Below are positions 11,269 to 22,600 of a stretch of 64,000 nucleotides of DNA, in pieces. Positions within the stretch are counted from its first letter, which is position 1. Every line of letters begins with the position of its first letter. The notes beneath the pieces are model-generated. The model saw nothing but the letters and a program-made list of their open reading frames with translations, had not been told where the DNA came from and made no database searches. This DNA is from Hypanus sabinus. Lineage: Eukaryota. Position numbers and translations under genes: made by a program. The DNA is taken from the NCBI RefSeq assembly GCF_030144855.1, contig NC_082712.1, forward strand, positions 12,152,001 through 12,216,000, read 5' to 3'.

Positions 11269-13289
11269 TGTGGTAAGCTATGTATACCTGTCTGGACACG
11301 CCCCTCTGCTGACTGCTCCTGTGGCTTCTCCCACAGACCCCTGTATAGAGGCGATTGGGGCACTGCTCCTTCCTCAGACTCCGAGATGTCGTGCTCCCTT
11401 TTACTGCTAATAAAAGCCTATCGTTCACTTCCAGTCTCCGAGAGTTATTGATGGTGCATCAATTTTATTAGCAGCAATTTTAAAACATGGAGAGCATTTT
11501 ATGACCAGACAGATTGGGATCTCGACCCTCATCCCAGGAAGGTGGCGACACTTTTGAACTCTGGCTATCAAGCTTCCAATCGTACCTGGAGGAGATTCAC
11601 GTGACCGATCCTGCCACGATGAGGGTCTACTCCATGATCAGAGACAAAACGGACTACCGGGGTGCGGTGGATGCCCTCAAAAGGCAATACCGGCAGCCGG
11701 TGAACACCGTCTATGCAAGACATTGCTCAGCGATGCGGCGGTAGCAGGCCCGTGAGTCGAGCGCTGAGTTTGTCCAGGCCCTACAGACACTCTTGCGGGC
11801 CTGCGACTGCAGGGGATTGATGGTGGAACAGCATGCGGAGCTGCTGGTAAGAGACGCCTTCGTTACAGGGATCAGGTCAGTGCACATGTGCCAGCGCGCA
11901 GCTCGACCGGCTATACGCCCTCCATGCAGATCTTTGCCACCCGAAGGTAACCCAACATTAGCATTTCGTGTAGTCCGGGAACCTCCCTTACTCCCTTGAG
12001 GAAATCAAGATGATGACCAGGGACGGCCAAGTCTGCGCTGAGTGCAAACCGCACTTCTACCATCCTGAAAAGGCACAATTTATCAAGGCCACCCGCCCCT
12101 TTGAGCGACTGAGTGTTGACTTTAAGGGCCCCCTTCCCTCCACCGACTGCAATGTCTACTTTCTTAATATTATCGACGAGTACTCGGGGTTCCCCTTTGC
12201 CATCCCCTGCCCTGATACCTCTGCCACGTCCGTCATAAAAGCCCTGCACCGGTTCTTCACTCTGTTCGGATATCCCTGTTATATCCACAGTGATAGAGGG
12301 TCCTCGTTTATAAGTGACGAGCTGCACCATTACCTGCTGGCTAGGGGTATTGCTACTGGTAGGACCACAAGCTATAATCCCCTGGGGAATGGACAGGTGG
12401 AGAGGGAAAATGCCACGGTGTGGAAGGCCACACTCTTAGCCCTTAGGTCAAAGGGATTGCCGGTCTCTCAATGGCAGGAGGTCCTCCCCGAGGCGCTCCA
12501 CTCCATCCGCTCCCTGTTATGCACGTCCACCAATGCCACCCCTCATGAGCGACTCTTTTCTTTTCCCAGGAAGTCTGCCACTGGGACCACCCTACCGGCT
12601 TGGCCGATGTCCCCAGGGCCAGTGCTGCTCTGGAAACATGTGAGGAGCAATAAGTACTCCCCGATGGTCGAGAGGGTTCACCTACTTCATGCGAACCCCC
12701 AGTATGCCTACATGGTCTTACCTGATGGGCGGGAGGACATGGTCTCTGTCCGCGACCTGGCGCCCACAGGAGCACCAGACCCCTACCCCGAACACTCCAC
12801 GGTGACTATGAACCCCGTACCCACGAGAGACCGTGCACCCCAAGCCCTACACAGACTCCTCACGACACTCCCATACCGGCTGCAACGCACACGCATGAGG
12901 GATTACTGATGCCTAACGGGCTGGCACCTCAAGTCAGGCCAGAGCCAGCAAAACCACCATCTCCGGTGCAATCACCACCGGTGCTCCGTAGATCGCAGCG
13001 ACAGACTCGACCGCCTGATAGACTTGACCTGTAAATATACTTGTAAGAAACTTCGCCCCGTGGGGACTCTCTTTTAAAACAAAGGTTGGGAGTGAATGTG
13101 ATAAACTATGCATACCTATCTGGACACGCCCCTCTGCTGACTGCTCCTGTGGCTCCTCCCACAGACCCCTGTATAAAGGCGATTGGGGCACTGCTCCTCC
13201 CTCAGTCTCCGAGATGTCGTGCTCCCTCTTGCTGCTAATAGAAGCCTATCGTTCACTTCCAGTCTCCGAGAGTTATTGATGGTGCATCA
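11269..13289 (+). mobile_element. Internally deleted Ty3/Gypsy element with 193-bp LTRs (gag remnant and integrase; PR/RT/RH lost)
   Basis: LTRs 11269-11461 and 13097-13289 (TG..CA); 5-bp TSD GGGTC at 11264-11268 and 13290-13294; purine-rich tract before the 3' LTR; degenerate gag at 11487-11900. Confidence 0.92.
12010..12909 (+). CDS. Retroviral-type integrase core (rve) of the short-LTR Gypsy element
   Basis: 299-aa ORF: RPFERLSVDFKGP, IIDEYSGFPFA, IHSDRGSSF, GNGQVEREN (DDE triad); CAEC at the N-terminus. Confidence 0.88.
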   Translation: MMTRDGQVCAECKPHFYHPEKAQFIKATRPFERLSVDFKGPLPSTDCNVYFLNIIDEYSGFPFAIPCPDTSATSVIKALHRFFTLFGYPCYIHSDRGSSFISDELHHYLLARGIATGRTTSYNPLGNGQVERENATVWKATLLALRSKGLPVSQWQEVLPEALHSIRSLLCTSTNATPHERLFSFPRKSATGTTLPAWPMSPGPVLLWKHVRSNKYSPMVERVHLLHANPQYAYMVLPDGREDMVSVRDLAPTGAPDPYPEHSTVTMNPVPTRDRAPQALHRLLTTLPYRLQRTRMRDY

Positions 13290-14100
13290 GGGTCCTTCCC
13301 CAGCAGCCTTGCTCCTACATTGTGACAGAGCGCTCTCGCCGAACATGGACCCAGCAGACACAAACACTGTTTTTTCAAACTCTCGTCAGCCAGAATCCCG
13401 CACAGAGTGCAATTCAAGACAGTGACTCAAAGTCCCAGTTATCACTTTAGCCACGGGGTAAATACGTCAGTTATATAAGGGCAAGGTGTTGTTCTGTTTT
13501 GCCCGCCGACCAAAACCCTCTTCACCACCCGGGTCATTGATAATCCGGGCAAACCTGTTGGTCGCCTGGAGGCTCCCATTGGGGGGGGGGGGGGGTGGAT
13601 ACTGTCAGGGTCCGGATTGGGTTCACTTTAAATTTACCTTGTTTGTGTTACGATCCGACCGTTGGATCCTTGTTTTCCTTTAATTCCTGGTTTTCCCGTG
13701 TCCCTTGGGCTTGGTGATTAAAGGCAATTTACTCGCGACCGAACCGGCAGTTTATAAGTTTCCGGCTTCAGCCGTTCAGCGAGTGAGTGTTAACGAAGCT
13801 GGTGTGAGTCAAAGTCATCCAGCCGGAGCAAGCCACGTCTCCTCCTGAAGGAAGTACCAGCAATCCCGAGCAGGTCCGGCAAGGTTAACCCGCCAGGGTG
13901 AGTCAAGAGCTCACCGCTGCTTGGGGCAAACGTGCCCAGTTTTAGTACCGTCTATCGCTGTGTTGTCTCCGTATCCATGTCCTGTGTTTCAAAGGGGTCC
14001 TGGCCCTGTGTCAAGAAGAGTCCCGACTCTGTCCAGTGCCTAAGGAGGATTCCATGCTCAATGCTTTCTATCCTGTGTCTGAGTCTGTCCCGTGAATAAG

Positions 14101-16480
14101 AAACAGAGAAAATAGGTGCAGGAGTAGGCCATTCGGCCCTTCGAGCCTGCACCGCCATTCAGTATGATCATGGCTGATCATCCAACTCAGAACCCTGTAC
14201 CTGCTTTCTCTCAATACCCCTGGATCCCTTTAGCCACAAGGGCGTATCTAACTCCCTCTTAAATATAGCCAATGAACTGGCCTCAGCGGTTTCCTGTGGC
14301 AGAGAATTCTGCAGATTCACCACTCTCTGTATGAAGAAGTTTTTCCTCATCTTGGTCCTAAAATGCTTCCCCTTTATCCACAAGCTGTGACCCCTCGTTC
14401 TGGACTTCCCCAACATCAGGAACAATCTTCCTGCATCTAGCCTGTCCAATCCCTTTAGAATATTATATGTTTCAATAAGATCCCCTCTCAATCTTCTAAA
14501 TTCCAGTGAGTATAAGCCTAGTCGATCCAGTCTTTCTTCATATGAAAGTCCTGCCATCCCAGGAATCAATCTGGTGAACCTCCTCTGTACTCCCTCTATG
14601 GCAAGAATGTCTTTCCTCAGATTAGGGGACCAAAACTGCTCACAATACTCCAGGTGTGGTCTCACCAAGGCCTTGTACAACTACAGTAGAACCCCACTGC
14701 TCCTGTAGTAGAATCCTCTTGCTATGAATGCCAACATACCATTTGCCTTTTTCACCACCTGCTGTACCTGCATGCCCACCTTCAATGACTGGTGTACAAT
14801 GACACCCAGGTCTCGTTGCACCTCCCCTTTTCCTAATCGGCCACCATTCAGATAATAATCTGTTTTCCTGTTCTTGCCACCAAAGTGGATAACTGCACAT
14901 TTATCCACATTAAATTGCATCTGCCATGAATTTGCCCACTCACCTAACCTATCCAAGTCACCCTGCATCCTGCTCACAAGTAACACTGCCACCCAACTTC
15001 ATGTCATCTGCAAACTTGGAGATGCTGCATTTAATTCCCTTGTCTAAATCATTAATATATATTGTAAACAACTGGGGTCCCAGCACTGAGCCTTGTGGTA
15101 CCCCACTAGTCACTGCCTGCCATTCTGAAAAGGTCCTGTTTATTCTCACAGTTTGCTTCCTGTCTGCCAACCAATACTCTATCCACATCAATGCCATACC
15201 GCCAATACTGTGTGCTTTAAGTTTGCACACTAATCTCCTGTGTGGGACCTTGTCAAAAGCCTTTTGAAAATCCAAATATACCACATCCACTGGTTCTCCC
15301 CATCCACTCTACTAGTTACATCCTCAAAAGGTTCTATAAGATTTACCTTTCACAAATCTGTGCTGACTTTGTCTGATGATTTCACTGCTTTCCAAATGTG
15401 CTGTTATCACATCTTTCATAACCAACTCTAGCATTTTCCCCCCACACCGATGTCAGGCTAACCGGTCTATAATTCCCCAGTTTCTCTCTCCCTCCTTTTT
15501 TAAAAAGTGGGGTTACATTAGCCACCCTCCAATCCTCTGGAACTAATCCAGAATCTAAAGGGTTTTGAAAAATTATCAGTAATGCATCTGTTATTTCTTG
15601 GGCTACTTCCTTAAGTACTCTGGGATAAAGACCATCTGGCCCGAGAGACTTATCTGCCTTTAATCCCTTCAATTTACCTAACACCACTTCCCTACTAACA
15701 TGTATTTCCCTCAGTTCCTCCATCTCACTAGACCCTCGGCCCCCTACTATTTCCGGAAGATTATTTATGTCCTCCTTATTGAAGACAGAACCAAAGTAGT
15801 TATTCAATTGGTCTGCCATGTCCTTGTTCCCCATGACTGTTTCTGACTGTAAGGGACCTATATTTGTCTTAACCAATCTTTTTCTTTTCGCATATCAATA
15901 AAAGATTTTATAGTCAGTTTTTATGTTCCCTGCCAGCTTTCACTCATAATCTTTTTTCCCTTTTCCTAATTAAGCCCTTTGTCCTCCTCTGCTGGACTCT
16001 GAGTTTCTCCCAGTGCTCAGACGTGCTGCTTTTTCTCTTACCCAAGGAGTCTCGCACGACAAGATTGCTAACTAACCCTTCCTCATTGCTCAATGCCCAG
16101 TCTAGAATGGCCTAGTCTCTAGTTGGTTCCTCAACATGTTGGTTCAGAAAACCATCCCGCATCCCTTGTTCACCCTGGAGCTATGTCTCTGTGATCCCAA
16201 CTATATCATATTCATGAATAACTATCTGCACATTCAATTCATCCACTTTGTTACGAATGCTCCTCGCATTGACACACAAAGCCTTCAGGCTTGTTTTTAC
16301 CACATTCTTAGCCCTTATACAATTATGTTGAAAAGTGGCCCTTTTTAATTTTTGCCCTGGATTTGCCTGTCTGCCACGTTTACTTTTCACCTTACTACTT
16401 TTTGCTTCAACCCTCACTTTACTCCTCTCTGTCTCTCTGCACTTGTTCCCATCCCCCTGCCACATTAGTTTAAATCCTCC
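14101..16480 (-). mobile_element. 5'-truncated CR1 LINE (APE C-terminal part and RT)
   Basis: ORF fragments with [45 protein letters not shown]; flanked by the near-identical 8-mer TGAA(T/C)AAG at 14093-14100 and 16481-16488. Confidence 0.92.
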
Positions 16481-17539
16481 TGAACAAGAGTTCCGGCTCC
16501 ATGTCTTGTGTCTAAGGAGCAGACCCCGCTCAGTGTTCTATGTCCTGTGTTTAAGTATCACGTCCTGGCTCCAAGGTCCGCGATCCGAGATCTGGCTGCG
16601 ATGTCCCAGCTCCAAGTCCTAGCCCAGACCCTGAGTCCCAGCCTAGTCCAGGGCCAGAGTCTTTGTTCATTACACCTATTCCCAGTTCCACTTTGCTCTC
16701 CTTGATTTCTCTCTGTTCTATCCTTGCGTCACGGCTCTCCTTGTAAGTAGTAATAAACTCTATTTAGTTAACCCGACAAAATGTGTTTGTCCTGCATTTG
16801 GGTCCTTCCCCAGCACCCTTGCCCCCACATTGTGACACCCTCCATGACTTCCTCCTTCTCTGCAGCCGTGCCACTATCTCCGATCAGCAGTGTCATGGCT
16901 TCATCTCTTTTTCCTCCTTCCCTGTCCTTTCGGAAACATCTAAAGCCTGGCATTCGAAGTAGCCATTCCTGCCCCGAGCCATCGAAGTATCTTTAATGGG
17001 CACAACATCTCAGCACTGATCCACATTCTAAGCTCAGCCGCTGTGTTTGTGAATCGTTCATTAGTGGAACGGGAAATACTGGAAAACATTTTACAGGACA
17101 AAATTTATTATCAGCGATGAAGCAATAGTGGTTTGAGGCAAATTTACACTCCAGAAGAACAATTCCAATGAAACCACAAGTACAAATCCAATCAGAAAGG
17201 AAGCCAACTAGTATGGCAAAATGTCATGAGCATTCTTCAGGACTGAGAAGGAAGGGGGGAAGGTGCTAGAGTGTAAAGGTGGGGGTAGGGGAGGGCCAGC
17301 AGGAAGCTGAGAGGTGAAGCCAGATGGCTGGGGAAGGTCAAGAGCCGAAGAAGAAGGAATATGATAGGACAGGAGAGTGGACCAGGTTTCAGGGGTCATG
17401 AAGAATGTGAAGTTACCATTGTTAATGAGAAGGTTCTTGGGAACCGAAAGGTCTGAAGGTAGAAAAGTCATCTGAACCACATGGTGTACACACCAGAGTT
17501 TTGAAAGGGGTGGCCGAAGAGATCTTTGAGTCATTAGTA

Positions 17540-18300
17540 ATGATCCCACAAGAAACACCAGGTTCTGGAATGATTCCGGAAGACTGGAAAATTGCAAATA
17601 TCACTCCACTCTTCAAAAAGGAGAAGAGCAGAAGAAAGGAATTTATAGGCCACATGATAGCATAGCATGTAGTCAGCAGTTTCCTCAAGGTAAAATCTTG
17701 CCTGACAAGTATATTTGAATTTTTTTGGAGAAAGTATGAGCAGGATAGACAACGGAAAATTAATTCATCTTGTGTACTTGGATTTTTGGAAGTCCTTTGA
17801 CAAGATGCCACACATGGAGCTGTGTAACAAACTACTCGCCCATGGTATTACATCGAATATCCTAACATGGATAAAAGAGATCAGGGTATGAAGGGTCCCG
17901 AAACATCGACTGCGTACTCTGTTCCATAGATGCTGCCTAGCCCACTGAGATCCTCAGGCATGAAGGGAGCCTTTTCTGGTTGGCTGACGGTAACTCGTGA
18001 TATTGCACAGAGCCCATTACATTATATGTTAATGACTTGGATGATAGTATTGTTGGCTTTGATGCAGACTTTGCTGATGATACGAAGATATGTGGAAGGC
18101 AAGGTGGGTTTGAGGAAGTGGAGCAACTACAGAAGGACCCAGACAGATTAGGAGAATGGGGAAACAAGTGGAGATGGAATGCATTGTCGGTAAGTGTATG
18201 GTCATACACATTGGCAGAATAAATGAAAGGCTAACTATTTTTTTAAATGGGGTGAAAATAGAGAAAATACAAAAAAATACAGCGGAGCAAAATGACTTGG
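17540..18300 (+). mobile_element. Degraded CR1 RT fragments with a Penelope-end insert near 17880-17950
   Basis: WKIANITPLFKK, FDKMPH and FADDTKI motifs in broken frames. Confidence 0.7.
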
Positions 18301-18359
18301 GAGACCTTGTTTAAGATTCCCTCAAGGATAATTTCCAGACTGAGACTCAGAAAAGATGA

Positions 18360-18560
18360 CCAGTGCAGGTCTACCTCACACCTACTCACTGTCTTCTCCT
18401 GTCCATACTACACCAACCACTGCCACTGGGCTATAAACGTGCAGGAGCAGTGTGGGGCTAAGTGCGTTGCATGCTGCCATGGCTGGGGCTCGAACTGATG
18501 ACCTTCAGATCGCGAGCCCAAAGCCTTAACCAATTGGCCACACGCCCCTCTCACTGTCTT
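18360..18560 (-). mobile_element. tRNA-derived SINE
   Basis: Minus strand has an A-box-like TGGCCAATTGGTT and a B-box-like AGTTCGAGCCC with tRNA-like spacing, then a non-tRNA body. Confidence 0.6.
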
Positions 18561-19017
18561 AAGCCCAATAGTGATTGCTGTCTGTGCAGCATTTACCACC
18601 GCCTTAATTCGGCCTCTATCTACGATCGTTCTCCGGTTCTACATATTTGGCATGTTCAGTCCAGAATTCTGAAACAGGTTGTAGAGTGAATCTAGGAAGA
18701 GGCCAATTAAAGACAAATAACATTTCTTCACGTGGAACATGGTGTTCTCGTTGGATCTCGTTGCGTCTGCACCTTGTGGTTGGAAAACCGGTCTTCTCAG
18801 TCTCCTGCGGTGGATCAGTCTCGTCGCTTTCTGTGGACAGAACGAAACGGTTAACACGAATCTAGATCATACAATGACACCACATCCAACTCCCTCCCCC
18901 AATTCACTTATAACCTTGGAAAGGATTTGGCTCGAGACGTGAATGGGTATTCTCACAGAATAAATTTTGTCGTCAGTATCAGTGTTTGATAACAAAACTG
19001 GAGATGAGCCCAAACAT

Positions 19018-19087
19018 TTATTCAGTTGGAAACTTTACGGTGACATAACAACATAGGTCATGTTGTTGACAGGAAGATGGTCTTCGG
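19018..19087 (-). CDS. Candidate terminal cytoplasmic exon of the Ig receptor gene
   Basis: Acceptor atattatcctatag|; phase-2 reading (S)RRPSSCQQHDLCCYVTVKFPTE* is compatible with the TM exon; AATAAA overlaps the stop. Phase-1 reading gives EDHLPVNNMTYVVMSP*. Confidence 0.3.
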
Positions 19088-20425
19088 CTATAGGATAATA
19101 TTGATAAAATAGTGTAGTACTTAGATTCAGACCGTAAGAGCATATGAAATAGCGTCAGACTTTTCAAATCCAGCCCTTCTATTCTGCTCTGCTATCCCAT
19201 CGTGGTTGATTTATTATCCCTAACAACCCCATTCTCCTGTCCTCATCCCATCATCTTTGACACCCTTACTATTCAGGAACCCATCAATCTCTGTTTTAAG
19301 TATTCCCACAGGCATTTATGGCTGTAAATTCCACAGATTCAGCATCCTCTGGCTCTGGAAATCCCTCAGAATATCCATTCTAAAGTAAAATCCTCTATGA
19401 ATGGCAGAGTGAATTTAATCCTGTCTGTGACTCAATTTCTAGGATACAGGTATTTGAATATCAGATTTCTTGGGATGAACCTGGAAGAGAGGGAAGTGGA
19501 TACAAAAATCATAGGAACTAAGTAAATGAAACGTGTTGGGGACAGTAACAGATCGAGGCTGTAATTTAAGGAGGAAACTGATTATCAATGATATTAGAGA
19601 CATGGAAATCATTTGAATACTTTTCAGTGTTAATATGTTTGAAGTTGATACACTAACAGTTTAAACTGGATTATTGTGGAGGGAGATGGCTACAGAAATT
19701 CAGTCGAGTGCAAAATCTCTGAGGGATTTCGCCTCATGGACTAGTCTTGTGTAGACCAAGAGACCAAATTCACCCTGGGTTGACTACACTACCTGATCCC
19801 AAGTGCACTTGGGATGGCTAGAGTCGAAACTTTCCCGTATTGTTGTTTCTTCTGGGTTCCAGAGTGTCCTTTTGTGCACATCAACATTAGATTTGTAATT
19901 AGAATGTAGAACATTCCAGCACAGTACAGGCCCTTCGGCCCTCGGTGTTATGCCAACCTGTCAGCCTTCTCTTAGCTCAATCTATTTTTTATCATTTTGT
20001 TATTTACAGATACAACGGCCCACCAAGTTGCGACACCCAGAAACTCAGGGATGTAATCTCAGCCTAATCACAGGACGGTTCTCAATGAACAACTAATCTG
20101 ATAACTGGAACATCTTTGGACCATGGGAGGAAGCCAGAGCACCCGGGGAAACCGACGTGCACATGGGAAGAGCTCACATTCTTTCTAACAAAGGGCGCCA
20201 GTTGCCCTAACCCTTTCCTCTAGTTCTGCCAAAGGGTCTCTGCCCGAAACGTCAATTGTACTTTTTCCATAGATGCTGCCTGGCCTGCTGAGTTCCTCCA
20301 GCATTTTGTGTGTATTGCTTTAATTTACAGCATCTGCAGGTTTTCTCTCATTTGCTCCTACATATCCATAAATTTGTCTATCATTTGGTGGCTGTTTAGC
20401 GGGTACGTTTAATCCGAAAGGAATC

Positions 20426-20576
20426 TCAGAATGCTAAATAGTCTACAAACTCTTCTGAAGGAGTCTCTCTTATGATGCAACGAGTATTTTCTACGGTGCT
20501 CCCACAAACAGCAAACGACAAGTATTGACTGGGTCGACTCAAGTATTTGAGCCAGTTCCCAACGTCCACCGACTGT
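20426..20576 (-). CDS. Candidate cytoplasmic-tail exon (after a 62-nt intron) with Tyr motifs
   Basis: Acceptor attctctcag|; phase-2 compatible; open for 49 codons: (R)QSVDVGNWLKYLSRPSQYLSFAVCGSTVENTRCIIRETPSEEFVDYLAF*. The intron is unusually short. Confidence 0.35.
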
Positions 20577-20638
20577 CTGAGAGAATCGGATTTCAGTCAC
20601 GTCACGGCAAGAGCCTTCAGCATTAGTACATACAGTAC

Positions 20639-20741
20639 CTGAGTTTGTCACAGTAGAGAACGGCACCCATCACTAAAAGGGCGAGAGTTTTCAGTCCGAG
20701 TGGGCTACACAACATCAGCACGGTTTCAGAAGCGCCTGTCC
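20639..20741 (-). CDS. Transmembrane exon with intramembrane Lys (DAP12-type activating receptor)
   Basis: Acceptor ctctctcactttctcttcag|, phase 1; (G)TGASETVLMLCSPLGLKTLALLVMGAVLYCDKL(R); donor AG|gtactg. LGLKTLALL resembles the Siglec-15 TM LGFKALLLL. Read-through gives RYCMY*. Confidence 0.8.
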
Positions 20742-21029
20742 CTGAAGAGAAAGTGAGAGAGGTCAATCCAGACTCAGGCAAAGGGGGAGAGACCAATAAT
20801 GTGGACTGATTAAAATCTGTCGCTGTGCAGATGAATTTATCATTCAGCAGATTTTTACTAAAGATGATAACTTGTGTGTGAAGGAATAAAAAAAGGGTAT
20901 TAATAAGAATGTAGAGATCAGAGTGACAAGAATTAAACATTTGTACAAAAAGTTTTAACCTGTAGTGAGCCCATAGATCATAAGGTACAGGAGCAGGTCT
21001 GGGCCATTCGGTCCATCGAGATTTATCCG

Positions 21030-21540
21030 CCATTCCATCATGTCCAGTTTGTTATCATGTTTGCTGTTGTGTGCTGGGGCAGCAGGCTGAGGGTAGCAAA
21101 CACCAACAGAATCAACAAACTCATTCGTAAGGCCAGTGATGTTGTGGGGGTGGAACTGGACTCTCTGACGGTGGTGTCTGAAAAGAGGATGCTGTCCAAG
21201 TTGTATGCCATCTTGGACAATGACTCCCATCCACTCCATAATGTACTGGTTAGGCACAGGAGTACATTCAGCCAGAGACTCATTCCACCGAGATGCAACA
21301 CTGAGCGTCATAGGAAGTCATTCCTACCGGTGGCCATCAAATTTTACAACTCCTCCCTTGGAGTGTCAGACACCCTTAGCCAATAGGCTGGTCCTGGAAT
21401 TATTTCCACTTGGCATGATTAACTTATTATTATTTAATTATATATGATTTTATATTGCTATATTTCTACACTATTCTTGGTTGGTGCGGCTGTAACAAAA
21501 CCCAATTTCCCTCGGGATCAACAAAGTATGTCTGTCTGTC
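21030..21540 (+). mobile_element. Rex1/Babar-like LINE 3' fragment
   Basis: ORF 21057-21386: VVCWG..RINKLIRKAS..KLYAILDNDSHPLH..RHRKSFLPVAIKFYN. Confidence 0.8.
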
Positions 21541-21999
21541 TGTTATTCTTCTCAACTCCATTCTACTGCCATCTCCCATAAAATTTGATGTCCTTTCTAA
21601 TCAAGAAGTTCTCAACCTCCACTTAAAGACCACGATTTGACCTTCACTGTCATTTGTGGCAACAAGTTCCTCAGATTCACCACCGTCTGGCTGAATAATT
21701 TCCCCCCAACTCTGTTCTAAAGGGACATTGTTCTATCCTGAAGCTGTGTCCTCCGGGTGCTCCGGTTTCCTCCCACAGTCTAAGGACAGACCGGCTCATC
21801 GGTTAATTGGTCATTGTAAATCGTCGTGGGTTCAATAGGTGGGTTTCTGGGTGGTGTGGCTCGTTGGGTCGGAAGGGCCTGTTCCGTGCTGTATCTCTAA
21901 ATGAATAAACAAATAAATAATGAGGTGGAGAGTCCATCTTATCGTACTGGGGGACCACTCCGTAGTTATAACTGTAGGATAAAAGCTGTCCTTCAGCCT

Positions 22000-22600
22000 G
22001 GTGGTCCGTGCATCCAGGCTGTTGTATCTTCTGCCCAGTGGGAGAGGGCCGAAGAGAGAATGTCCAGGGTGGATGGGAGGGTCTCTGATTTTGCATTCTG
22101 TTTCACAGAGATGGTGAGAAGTGCAGACAGAATCCACGGTGGGGTGCTGGCTTCTGCCTTGATGAAGGGGTTAACCTGTGAGGAGAGATTCAGTCGCCCG
22201 AGACTATACTCTCTGGAGTTCAGAAGAATGAGAGGCGAATTGAGAAACATACAAAATTTTGAAAGGGATAGATATGATAGAAGCAGGAAAGTTGTTTCCA
22301 TTGGTAGGTGAGACTAGAACTAGGGGGCATTGCCTCAACATTCGGAGAGAAGATTTAGGATGGGGATGAGGAGAAACTGTTTTTCCCAGAGAGTGGTGAA
22401 TCTGTGGAATTCTCTGCCCAGTGAAGTATTTGAGGCTTCTTCACTAAATATATTTAAGAAACACTTAGATAGGTTTTTACATAATAAGGGAATTAAGGGT
22501 TTGGGGGGAAAGGTAGGGAGATGGAGCTGAGTTTACAGACAGATCAGCCATGATCTTATTGAATGGCGGGGCAAGATCGATGGGCCGGATGGCCAAATTC
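22000..22600 (+). mobile_element. L2/Rex fragment (minus sense) joined to a CR1 3' end (+)
   Basis: LYSLEFRRMRG and FSQRVVNLWNSLP motifs, plus the CR1 3' UTR. Confidence 0.7.

Larger units (their letters stand above)
10914..16837 (+). mobile_element. Internally deleted chromovirus/Sushi-like Gypsy remnant with two non-identical LTRs, each interrupted by a later insertion
   Basis: LTR-A 10914-13327 (TGTCA..TGACA, split by 11269-13289); gag start ATG-GAC-CCA-GCA-GAC (MDPAD) at 13345; G15 PPT at 13581-13595; LTR-B 13603-16837 (split by CR1 14101-16480). Both LTRs end in TGCATTTGGGTCCTTCCCCAGCA..ACATTGTGACA. No outer TSD. Confidence 0.65.

Noticed and set aside
18360-18560. tRNA gene
   Set aside because: It has A/B boxes, but I could not form a complete cloverleaf. 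It continues into a SINE-like body.
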